Positions 8,906 through 16,073 of a DNA stretch of 29,273 bases are shown here, piece by piece; positions within the stretch are counted from its first letter, which is position 1, and each line of letters begins with the position of its first letter. The notes beneath the pieces were generated by a model, which worked only from the letters and a program-made list of their open reading frames with translations, had not been told where the DNA came from and made no database searches. Origin of the DNA: a virus (taxonomy: Duplodnaviria > Caudoviricetes); IMG/VR virus record IMGVR_UViG_3300049485_000064, positions 1 through 29,273 of that record; one strand, 5' to 3'. Made by a program: the position numbers and the translations under genes.

Positions 8906-9503
8906 CTTGGCTGCAGATTGGGCAGCCTAAGGATTCTATTTTGGTTTTACCTAAGGAGATATCCTTTTTATCATAATAAGGAAAGGCAAAAGCATCGGCG
9001 TTTAGAGTAACCCATTTAGCAATAGACTCACGTAGGTGGTCTATGTCAATTTCTGGGTTAATAACCTCTATCACGCGGTCGGCAATGTTTGCCGCTGCTA
9101 TGTCCTCGACATCTTGAGTAGCAGGCCAAGCCGAAGGTTCTACTTTCGTGCTTTGGATTGCCGCGCAAAGGGTGTCGGCAGTGGAGGCGAATCGGTTGGT
9201 GACTGGCTTAGGGACCCACTTTCTAACCTTTTTCTCTCGCCAACGTCTAGAACGAGCATCCCAGGTAAGCCACTGGTTTCCAAGGTAGTAGAGAATTGAT
9301 CTGAACCAGAGCCTCTCAAAGGCCCATCTAAGTTTATCGACTTCGCGCAAGTGTTCAAGGACGTCTGAGGCAATTTTTGCTCCATCGGCGTATGGGTCCT
9401 TTTCGGCTTCCTGGGCCGCGGTGCCAACAGGTGGGTTGACAACCGCATCCCCAGCGTTGCTAAACATATTAAAGATTTTATCTAGCCCTGCGCTAATGTT
9501 CAT
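8781..9503 (-). CDS. Portal protein, N-terminal part with CxxC..CxxC insert
   Basis: ATG 9503 overlaps the upstream stop (ATGA). FERLWFRSILYYLGNQW...PVTN...D..AA is a portal N-terminal pattern. After CPIC..CPSCG the frame runs out of register over the second part. Confidence 0.78.
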   Translation of the reverse strand: MNISAGLDKIFNMFSNAGDAVVNPPVGTAAQEAEKDPYADGAKIASDVLEHLREVDKLRWAFERLWFRSILYYLGNQWLTWDARSRRWREKKVRKWVPKPVTNRFASTADTLCAAIQSTKVEPSAWPATQDVEDIAAANIADRVIEVINPEIDIDHLRESIAKWVTLNADAFAFPYYDKKDISLGKTKIESLGCPICSQVAQPKLWEDAGACPSCGRIPSWPLKSRYLLSLRNLPKRRHN

Positions 9504-9772
9504 GTGCAAGCCCTACGGAAAGAGGTGACCGGGAAAAGAGAAGACCCAAGCATCCCCAACGGCAAAATCCTAGCAGGTACCTCATTGACAGATATGCTAA
9601 GGCTATTTGCTCCATCACATATCCTATCAATGAAGTCCTCCATTGGGGCCTGCTTGGGAGCCAATCGAGGTTGGTCAGACCTCCACCTTGGCCGGGTGTC
9701 GTCTAGCATTAGCTTCTCGCCGGCGTTGGTTGCCTTTGTCAAGGGAGCATTAACTAGATCATGGTTAGTCAT
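9500..9772 (-). CDS. Hypothetical protein
   Basis: Start moved to ATG 9772, overlapping the stop of the previous gene. Fills the gap exactly up to the portal start. Confidence 0.55.
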   Translation of the reverse strand: MTNHDLVNAPLTKATNAGEKLMLDDTRPRWRSDQPRLAPKQAPMEDFIDRICDGANSLSISVNEVPARILPLGMLGSSLFPVTSFRRACT

Positions 9773-10046
9773 ATAAAGGGTCATATTTCTCCTGTCGATT
9801 GTCCTCTGGAACTTTTTCCAGCTTCTCATCAACATCGTCGAATATCCCGCCGCCGCTGCTAGAGAGCATGGTATGCAATGCCTCCTTGGTGGGCTCAACC
9901 ATTGGAGGCACCATAGGCACGCCGGCCCGCGTTAAAAGCCTCTCCACCAACTGGTCGCTGTATGCTCTTTGGGCGTCCAGGCTTTTCCTTAAACGAGATA
10001 TCTCCTCTTCCAGTAATATGACATATCGACTCTTGAACCATAGCAT
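9765..10046 (-). CDS. Hypothetical coiled-coil protein
   Basis: 93 aa with GGAGG RBS and the heptad segment LEEEISRLRKSL. Confidence 0.7.
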   Translation of the reverse strand: MLWFKSRYVILLEEEISRLRKSLDAQRAYSDQLVERLLTRAGVPMVPPMVEPTKEALHTMLSSSGGGIFDDVDEKLEKVPEDNRQEKYDPLYD

Positions 10047-10149
10047 AACTCCTCCAGCCGCAATTTATACACCTAATAGTGTTACACTTACACCCAAAGT
10101 CATAAGCCACTTCCGCTATACAATGGCCATGACATTTGGGACATTTCAT
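9895..10149 (-). CDS. Small zinc-ribbon protein
   Basis: MKCPKCHG...RCINCG. ATGA-coupled to the terminase nuclease gene. The C-terminal half overlaps the next gene. Confidence 0.65.
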   Translation of the reverse strand: MKCPKCHGHCIAEVAYDFGCKCNTIRCINCGWRSYAMVQESICHITGRGDISFKEKPGRPKSIQRPVGGEAFNAGRRAYGASNG

Positions 10150-10856
10150 ACAAACTCCCCAACACCTTCTTCATACTTGGTTTCTTCAAAGTCTCCATCT
10201 AGATAATCATCAATGTCTGGTTTATCCTCTAGCAGGCCTTGCTTAACGGCATCGGCCCGCCAATATCGGGCAGACATGGGATCTTCCTTGCTCAACCGTT
10301 GTAATTGTTCATCTAACCCAGGTCGCTTGGACTGCTGTTGCGGAGTCAGGAGCCGAACGGCGTAGGCCATAGCATCTAGGATATCCCGTGTCCGCCCTAA
10401 TGGGAATGTTTCATACTCCTCGATAAACTCAGTCATTCCACGCTGGATGTAGATTTGCCCAGACCTAAAATAAGGCTGCATCGAAAGGATGCGTTGTTCT
10501 TTTTTCTCCAACCTATCAGGTTTCAAATTGATAATAGGCCAATACTCACCTTTGTCGGCCATCGCTTTTAAGGTGTAAGGTTCAAGAGACTTCTGATAAG
10601 CAACCATCTCAATGCCTATACAACGGGGTTGCCAGAAGTGGGCCATTTGGAGGTAGGTCTCGATAATTTTAGCTGGATCACCTTGCCGGCCGCACCAATA
10701 CTCTAGCAAAAACATCTTCTGATAAGGCGACATACCCATCGCAACAATCGCCGTCCTCGCGGCGTTGGAACGCTCAGATATGGCAGGATCCACACAGATC
10801 ACTATATCCAGTGTGCTACGCAGTACGGTGATGGTCTTTTTGACATCAATGCTCAT
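10146..10856 (-). CDS. terL: Terminase large subunit, nuclease (RNase H fold) domain as separate gene
   Basis: IVICVDPA, IGIEMVAYQ, K..RI..MQP, and FPLGRTRDILDAMAYA are hallmark TerL C-terminal motifs. Confidence 0.9.
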   Translation of the reverse strand: MSIDVKKTITVLRSTLDIVICVDPAISERSNAARTAIVAMGMSPYQKMFLLEYWCGRQGDPAKIIETYLQMAHFWQPRCIGIEMVAYQKSLEPYTLKAMADKGEYWPIINLKPDRLEKKEQRILSMQPYFRSGQIYIQRGMTEFIEEYETFPLGRTRDILDAMAYAVRLLTPQQQSKRPGLDEQLQRLSKEDPMSARYWRADAVKQGLLEDKPDIDDYLDGDFEETKYEEGVGEFV

Positions 10857-11068
10857 CGACGCCTCATCATACGATCATATGCGTTGGCTCTATCAATAGC
10901 ATTGGTTTGCCTCAAAGTCTCGGCATCATCACTAAAGGCCTCTTGCTCAGGGTCTACTGATCTAATAGAACGTCCCCGGTCAACTTTGCTATTATAGACA
11001 CTCACATCCTTCATGTAATTATCAAATTGCTTTTTGCTTCGCTGGGAACGTGGATTGCGCTGGGCCAT
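10853..11068 (-). CDS. Hypothetical 71-aa protein between the two TerL halves
   Basis: ATG 11068 lies 2 nt after the ATPase stop with GAGGT upstream. Its stop overlaps the nuclease ATG. Confidence 0.65.
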   Translation of the reverse strand: MAQRNPRSQRSKKQFDNYMKDVSVYNSKVDRGRSIRSVDPEQEAFSDDAETLRQTNAIDRANAYDRMMRRR

Positions 11069-11070
11069 TT

Positions 11071-11982
11071 TCAACCGACCTCGGCTAAAATGTTCAAACT
11101 CTCGTCGTTGAAACCATAGTATTGGAGCCAACCCGCCTTAAAATCAACAATGGCCTCGTCTCTAGGGTCATTCATCTGTTGCGTAGCATACATGTAAGGA
11201 TCCTTGAGGCGAAGCTCTAACAAGCTGTCCAGCGGGAACCGAATGGGCCAAACCGGCAACTTCGTCACCTGGTCAATGGCCTGGATCCTATTAACCGTAT
11301 ACTCCCGCTCATTGTTAATAATATGCTGGTACAAGTCAAACATCGCCCAACGTGTTCCCACCAACTGGTCGATACCTTGAACCGGCGATTCGAGTAAGTT
11401 CTTGGTCAAAAGGTGCCAGTCTATGATTTTCTCCATAACCTCTGGCGAACGTTCAGTTTTCTCGTCTATCAGGTCATCTTTTGAGAGAACATCAAAGTGC
11501 CAACCTGTGATGTGTCCGCCGACACCGATACATTTGAAGGTTGATTCAGGATGGTTTTTTGTGCGGGGCAGCAAGATCTCCATCTCGGCCCACTTATCAC
11601 CCTTCATATCAGGTATGCACTCAGGAAACAACCAATGTAGCAAGGTGTTAGTCTCGAAGATCTGTTTAATCTTGCGAAGGTTCTTCATACTATTCTCACG
11701 ACTCGAAGCCGCCAACATAATACGCACATTATTGTTACACAAATAGTATTGGATGTTTTTGGCAATTGTAATGATGTGGGTTTTGAGATGTCCACGAGGC
11801 CATAAATCCAACTGCCGCCCAAATGGCTCTCGCAGAGTGTCAAGCTGCGCGCAGCGTGGACCATGAAACGCCGGGTCCATATCCTTAAAATCAAGTATGC
11901 CTTTGGCAAGCACATACAAGTTAGTCTGCGCCAATAACCTTAGCTCAGACCAGCGATCCTTTGCTGAGTGCGAGGCCTTCAC
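11071..11982 (-). CDS. terL: Terminase large subunit, ATPase domain as separate gene
   Basis: Walker A PRGHLKT, Walker B region ITGWHFDVLSKDDL, coupling motif VGTRW, and PVWP.RF...YATQQMNDP. Likely GTG start at 11982. Confidence 0.9.
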   Translation of the reverse strand: MKASHSAKDRWSELRLLAQTNLYVLAKGILDFKDMDPAFHGPRCAQLDTLREPFGRQLDLWPRGHLKTHIITIAKNIQYYLCNNNVRIMLAASSRENSMKNLRKIKQIFETNTLLHWLFPECIPDMKGDKWAEMEILLPRTKNHPESTFKCIGVGGHITGWHFDVLSKDDLIDEKTERSPEVMEKIIDWHLLTKNLLESPVQGIDQLVGTRWAMFDLYQHIINNEREYTVNRIQAIDQVTKLPVWPIRFPLDSLLELRLKDPYMYATQQMNDPRDEAIVDFKAGWLQYYGFNDESLNILAEVG

Positions 11983-12220
11983 GAACCGCTTCAGCCTCGA
12001 CAATGACTCTTCCAAGGAACTCAAGTTGCGCCTCCGTAACCGTGGGTGCTTTACCCTTCGACTTGCCGACTTGACTAAAATTAAGTATATCCACCGCCGC
12101 TTTACGTTTAACGTCATCAGAGTCGGCAAATGTCAACACGTCCTTCAACGTCTGGACCGCGTCCACGTTCAAATCGTGGATACCCTTGGCAACCTTTTCC
12201 TCGACAGTTTCATCAAGCAT
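11945..12220 (-). CDS. Terminase small subunit-like protein (putative)
   Basis: First gene of the late arm, directly upstream of TerL. Helical AVQTLKDVL....SDDVKRKAAVDIL pattern. ATG 12220 follows AAGGGG. Confidence 0.55.
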   Translation of the reverse strand: MLDETVEEKVAKGIHDLNVDAVQTLKDVLTFADSDDVKRKAAVDILNFSQVGKSKGKAPTVTEAQLEFLGRVIVEAEAVREGLALSKGSLV

Positions 12221-12452
12221 AAAACCCCTTGCCCATTTTGCCGTTGAGCTTATCACAATGCCGCGTCTCATGCAAGCTAAAACCGCGAGAGCGGAACACT
12301 AAAAATGAGGTGTTTCATCTGGCGTAATTTTTATCAGGGTGAGAATTGTTAAAATGGCGGGAATAAAAAGAGTGCCTTAATAAGGCGATCACCTCGCTCT
12401 CTTTGACATGGCTCATGCTTATATGCTCCTTGTATATTGTTATATTATCATA

Positions 12453-12481
12453 TTGACATTAGCATTGATGTATGATACAAT
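12453..12481 (+). promoter_or_regulatory. Sigma70-type promoter
   Basis: TTGACA (12453-58), 17 nt spacer, TACAAT (12476-81). Confidence 0.7.
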
Positions 12482-12564
12482 GCAATCAAGTTAATTGTTC
12501 TTTGACAATTGAATATCGAATAGCTCGTATCATGTATGCTACGGCCAGAAAGCATGGCCATAAC

Positions 12565-12825
12565 ATGATTGACCCAAGCGTATTAGCTGAGATCGTAAAA
12601 GACAAAACCGCGGGCAAGGGTGTGAAAAAGAATTATATACCTTTCACCCGTGCCGAATTCAACAAGTTGCGCAGCCAATTTAATAAGCCGGAATGGATGC
12701 CAGCCGATTTTAAGCTCCTGCTTCAAGCTATCGGCGAAAAGCGATTGGGCCTGGTTAGCTTAAAAAGCAAAAGCGAAGAAAGCGAAGAAAGCGAAAGCGA
12801 AGAAAGCGAAAGCGAAGCGGCATAA
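12565..12825 (+). CDS. Small protein, paralog of 17222..17431, with acidic SEE-repeat tail
   Basis: Start chosen downstream of the promoter and by alignment to the paralog (VLAE...DK...G....Y..F...E). Confidence 0.7.
   Translation: MIDPSVLAEIVKDKTAGKGVKKNYIPFTRAEFNKLRSQFNKPEWMPADFKLLLQAIGEKRLGLVSLKSKSEESEESESEESESEAA
12772..12817 (+). repeat. In-frame AGCGAA(GAA) tandem repeat
   Basis: agcgaagaa agcgaagaa agcgaa agcgaagaa agcgaa agcgaa encodes SEESEESESEESESE. Confidence 0.85.
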
Positions 12826-12880
12826 CATAACCTTTAATAGGTCGTAGCATACATGAAACGGGCTATCTGGCGTAGGCTTA

Positions 12881-12904
12881 GCTCTCGGCAATTTTGCCGA
12901 TAGC
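12881..12904. promoter_or_regulatory. Palindromic operator-like site
   Basis: GCTCTCGGCAATTTTGCCGATAGC. Confidence 0.65.
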
Positions 12905-12912
12905 CAAAATCG

Positions 12913-13210
12913 TTCTACCCATAAAATCAATAGCTTACGTTTGTTTTCTACACACGTTCTACACATAACGTGTTGATTTTACGGCGTTTTCTACATTTCT
13001 ACCGTTTCTACATGCTCGTTGGCTTATATATAAATGGCTCACATTAAAATTGAAACGTAAGGTGTTGATATATATAAATATATATATTTACCGTCAGTAA
13101 TAGCTATTGATGTTTTGACACCTGCAGAAATGCACAAAATTCGTAAATTCGCTGTAAATTCAATAGCTTAAGTGTAGAACAACGCTGTAGAACAGCACAC
13201 ACATGTAGAA
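12913..13210. repeat. Iteron-like array around an AT-rich core (putative replication origin)
   Basis: TTCTAC at 12913, 12946, 12957, 12989, 12997, 13006. Inverted GTAGAA at 13174, 13187, 13205. Alternating AT tract at about 13068-13090 between them. Confidence 0.65.
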
Positions 13211-13309
13211 AAGCCTTTAATATCAACAGCTTATGAGCAGGTAGGATTCGTGAATAAAATCAATCGCTTGCAGCCAATACTTAAAGCAGCCAATGAATTC
13301 AATAGCTTA
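12925..13309. promoter_or_regulatory. Cluster of IHF consensus sites (WATCAANNNNTTR)
   Basis: Perfect matches at 12925-37(+), 12966-78(-), 13058-70(-), 13221-33(+), 13258-70(+). One-mismatch ATTCAATAGCTTA at 13158-70 and 13297-309. Confidence 0.8.
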
Positions 13310-13312
13310 CGC

Positions 13313-13329
13313 TGGCACACGGCTTGCAT
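13313..13329 (+). promoter_or_regulatory. Sigma54 (RpoN) -24/-12 promoter
   Basis: TGGCAC-ACGGC-TTGCAT, a consensus match with exact GG-N10-GC spacing. Confidence 0.7.
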
Positions 13330-13354
13330 ATGCCATATGTAGCATTTTGCCGCA

Positions 13355-13383
13355 TTGACAATCGGCTCGGCTTGTGCTATGCT
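13355..13383 (+). promoter_or_regulatory. Sigma70-type early promoter
   Basis: TTGACA, 17 nt spacer, TATGCT with an extended TG. Upstream of the first gene of the rightward operon. Confidence 0.75.
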
Positions 13384-13446
13384 CGACGAACGCTGGCAAT
13401 CATGCCACCGGCAAAATAGCCCCTTGGGGCAGAAAGCAGTCAATAT

Positions 13447-13641
13447 ATGTCATCTCAACTCACGTTCAAAGACCTAAAGCGCGGCACATTGCTACCTACG
13501 CGCAAATACACCAAGCGCCGCATGCTGCGTGGGGTAACTAAGTGTACCTTGTGTGCTTCGCAAACGTTCTATCCAATCACCAAAGACACCATGCAATGTA
13601 CTAGTTGTTCTAGGTTATATATTACACCGCTTGGGAGTTAG
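13447..13641 (+). CDS. Small basic zinc-ribbon protein
   Basis: CTLC...CTSC, 64 aa, first ORF after the promoter. Confidence 0.6.
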   Translation: MSSQLTFKDLKRGTLLPTRKYTKRRMLRGVTKCTLCASQTFYPITKDTMQCTSCSRLYITPLGS

Positions 13642-13683
13642 TGTTTTATAACAGGCCCAAAGGGCCAGAAAGTCTGGTGATAT

Positions 13684-13875
13684 ATGAATGATGTCTTGTC
13701 AATCAAAGACCACATAACAGCCTCGGTTGATTATATAGCATTTGCACGTAACGAGTTGCAAGCTACACTTAAAACTTGCTCAACCGTTGAAAGCATCGTG
13801 ATACTTGATCTATTAAACCAGCTCACCCATACTCATCATGAACTGCGCCATTTAGCAGATGCGGTAAAATCATGA
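13684..13875 (+). CDS. Hypothetical helical protein
   Basis: 63 aa with GGTGA RBS. Confidence 0.65.
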   Translation: MNDVLSIKDHITASVDYIAFARNELQATLKTCSTVESIVILDLLNQLTHTHHELRHLADAVKS

Positions 13876-13970
13876 ACCTCATATGGGATACCATCTTGTT
13901 CATGCTTCTAATCGCGGTTGGTTACTTTTGGATCACCCTATTATTCATAATAGAGTGTGAAGGGTGTTAG
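13872..13970 (+). CDS. Small membrane peptide (32 aa)
   Basis: Below the ORF-track cutoff. ATGA-coupled. MNLIWDTILFMLLIAVGYFWITLLFIIECEGC. Confidence 0.5.
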   Translation: MNLIWDTILFMLLIAVGYFWITLLFIIECEGC

Positions 13971-13971
13971 G

Positions 13972-14271
13972 ATGATGTTAAGCTCTCGGTTGGCTAAAAG
14001 AGCCATTCGTAGTTTGCGAAAACGTGAGGACTGGTTAACAGACCGCATTGTGCTCTCGCACGGTGATCTGTCATATGACAAAGCCGAACGCAGCGCGTTG
14101 CAGTTTTCTATTGGTGTTCTAACCGCCCTATTAGATGGGCAGAAAGTTGAGGTCTCGCATGGTAGATCTAGAACTAGACTCTCTCATAACCAAGCTGAAA
14201 CGGGAGAGGCCTATACGCACGAGCAGGATACTAAAGTTCCCGGTGAGGTTTCCCCAGCATCCATTAACTGA
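13972..14271 (+). CDS. Hypothetical protein
   Basis: ORF whose ATG directly follows the previous stop. Motif L..R...L..RI.......SYDKAE.SAL. The 3' part overlaps the next gene. Confidence 0.55.
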   Translation: MMLSSRLAKRAIRSLRKREDWLTDRIVLSHGDLSYDKAERSALQFSIGVLTALLDGQKVEVSHGRSRTRLSHNQAETGEAYTHEQDTKVPGEVSPASIN

Positions 14272-14575
14272 AGCCGAAATGGCTAACGCTGAGTGGGTTA
14301 AGTCTTGGCAGGGCACACCTGTTACCACGTATCAGTATCGTGCGCTAGCTTTGCTGGATGAAGACTTTTATATATACCTTTGCAAAAAGTACCGGCCTGA
14401 GATTCAATGTGTCTGGACAATCGACGAGTTCAAGCCTTTGTTTAATGAGATCCACCGAGCCATTGCATACTTAGTGGAACAAGGCTATACAGTTGAGAAA
14501 GCCTTGAAAGAGTACTTCAAACCGGCCTCAATGAAGGCCAGAAAGGACCGCGATGACGAACCAGCAACTGAGTAG
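14159..14575 (+). CDS. Hypothetical protein
   Basis: Start moved to ATG 14159, which follows GAGGT. Confidence 0.65.
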   Translation: MVDLELDSLITKLKRERPIRTSRILKFPVRFPQHPLTEAEMANAEWVKSWQGTPVTTYQYRALALLDEDFYIYLCKKYRPEIQCVWTIDEFKPLFNEIHRAIAYLVEQGYTVEKALKEYFKPASMKARKDRDDEPATE

Positions 14576-14789
14576 TATTATAGATGCATTAAGGGCTGAG
14601 AAATCTCTTCACACTCCTAGTGCTAGACCTGCCGGCAAGTGTTGCAAGTACTGCCACACTATGTTAGCCGTTGTGGTAGAAGAACCAACCATTGTGCATG
14701 TGCGGGATACCTTGAGTCAATCAGTCCAAGTCAAATGCTTATATCATGGTAAACATTATTGTAAAATGTGCCATAAGTATCAAGCATGA
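14553..14789 (+). CDS. Cys/His-rich hypothetical protein (zinc-binding)
   Basis: CKYC...CKMC with AAGGA RBS. Confidence 0.55.
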   Translation: MTNQQLSSIIDALRAEKSLHTPSARPAGKCCKYCHTMLAVVVEEPTIVHVRDTLSQSVQVKCLYHGKHYCKMCHKYQA

Positions 14790-15031
14790 AAGATCTTGAT
14801 CCTGAACTGATTGAGGAAATGAGGGTGAGCTTTATGAAGCTAGGAGAAGCTGCGCTACCAAAGTTTGATCCAGAAATTAGGCTACGCGAAGGCCGCACGA
14901 TGTATGTAGTGTTTGTCCCAGAAGACTGGTACAAAATGGAATTGTCTCTGGGCAAACACATATCTACAACAGAAATCCGCGACCTCATAATGGGTGTTTT
15001 CTGTGGTACACACAAGATTGTCAAAAGGTGA
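14786..15031 (+). CDS. Hypothetical protein
   Basis: 81 aa, ATGA-coupled. Confidence 0.6.
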   Translation: MKDLDPELIEEMRVSFMKLGEAALPKFDPEIRLREGRTMYVVFVPEDWYKMELSLGKHISTTEIRDLIMGVFCGTHKIVKR

Positions 15032-15034
15032 TAC

Positions 15035-15604
15035 ATGGATGAAGATACCAGATACGCGATTGACTCGCTTATTAGTGGGAAAACTAGGAAGAGGAAGACA
15101 GCCGAAACAATTAGGCCAGAATCAGAATATAGACCTTTCTATGGTGATCCATCATTCAAACCCGTTAAAAAGGTAGAACCAAAATGGTGCTTTAACTCAG
15201 CAGAAAAGACAATGAACCTCAAAGAACACATAGCCACCCTGTCAGTAGACACAAGCTCGGCCTCGATCATATTTAAGGCTCCTCTCACAGATGAGCTTAT
15301 CAAACGTATTGAGGCCAGTATACCACTTACAAGTAGAGAGTGGCTAGTAGATAAGCGAGCCTGGCGCTTTGCACCTTCAGTTATAGCCGTCCTGAAGCCT
15401 ATACTAAAGGACTGTTATAAGGATGTTCAGATGTTAGGTGTGCCCAAGGCCTTACCAAGCACCAAGTTTGACCAGCTCATGTCTAAACTATCCAAGGACG
15501 ATAAGGCTAGCATATATAGGATTCTAGCCAGTAAGTACCATCCAGACAAAGGTGGATCTCACGAAGTGATGACCTTGATTAACATTGTATTTAGGGGGTC
15601 GTGA
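15035..15604 (+). CDS. Protein with C-terminal truncated J-domain (DnaJ-like)
   Basis: YRILASKYHPDKGGSHEVMTLIN contains the HPD motif in a J-domain helix II-III context. AGGTGA RBS. Confidence 0.75.
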   Translation: MDEDTRYAIDSLISGKTRKRKTAETIRPESEYRPFYGDPSFKPVKKVEPKWCFNSAEKTMNLKEHIATLSVDTSSASIIFKAPLTDELIKRIEASIPLTSREWLVDKRAWRFAPSVIAVLKPILKDCYKDVQMLGVPKALPSTKFDQLMSKLSKDDKASIYRILASKYHPDKGGSHEVMTLINIVFRGS

Positions 15605-15828
15605 TGGAACGGGTAAAGATTCATGTTGATATGAATGCGGTCAAGCCAGTGACACCTGGCAACAAGTGTATTACGGTATGTAGGATGGATGGGACTATCC
15701 TAGCACGATGTAGTAAGGTTTATCTACATGGTAGTTGGACACTGCGACAATATAACAACCCAGTACCTTGTGGCGCAAGTGTGGTATTGTATCCTGAGGA
15801 TGATAGATCAACCTACGAGGCACCATAA
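15601..15828 (+). CDS. Hypothetical protein
   Basis: 75 aa, coupled to both neighbours. Confidence 0.6.
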   Translation: MMERVKIHVDMNAVKPVTPGNKCITVCRMDGTILARCSKVYLHGSWTLRQYNNPVPCGASVVLYPEDDRSTYEAP

Positions 15829-16064
15829 TGAATAACACACCTTTAACAGAACGGGAAATAGCTCTCGTTGAGGAGCTTGGCATTTACCGACAAGTAATTG
15901 AGATCAACCGTTGGATCATGGCCGCCCTGTGTGTTAGATGCGGGGGAGATGTCAAGCTAGAACACGATGAGCTTGAATACACAAGGAAAAGCTACGAACT
16001 AACCGAGGATCTATCACACTCAGACTACACGCGGTCTGTTCGGCTGCGTGTTAGGCTTAAATAG
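15828..16064 (+). CDS. Hypothetical protein
   Basis: 78 aa with GAGG RBS and TAATG coupling. Confidence 0.6.
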   Translation: MNNTPLTEREIALVEELGIYRQVIEINRWIMAALCVRCGGDVKLEHDELEYTRKSYELTEDLSHSDYTRSVRLRVRLK

Positions 16065-16073
16065 GAGTTAATC

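Noticed and set aside
10853-11070. Group I intron, intein or gene-60-style ribosomal bypass explaining the TerL gap
   Set aside because: No homing endonuclease or intein motifs. No matching in-frame GGT landing codon before the nuclease start. The gap is fully occupied by a coupled ORF with an RBS.
19-12247. Plus-strand ORFs over the structural arm (e.g. 19..339, 3024..3482, 4689..5120, 11402..11746)
   Set aside because: Antisense shadows of well-supported minus-strand genes, with no RBS or motifs.
12402-12533. Extra TTGACA hexamers at 12403 and 12502 as promoters
   Set aside because: No acceptable -10 element at 16-18 nt spacing.
12913-13210. TTCTAC/GTAGA repeats as a CRISPR array (they resemble the Cas12a repeat stem), with 18331..19191 as Cas4
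   Set aside because: Repeats are only 6-8 bp, irregularly spaced and without 25-40-nt spacers. The nuclease sits in a standard exonuclease-Sak4-SSB recombination module.
12543-14547. Recurrent GGCCAGAAAG before several early start codons
   Set aside because: Adequately explained as extended Shine-Dalgarno pairing (AGAAAG). Too short to call a separate element.
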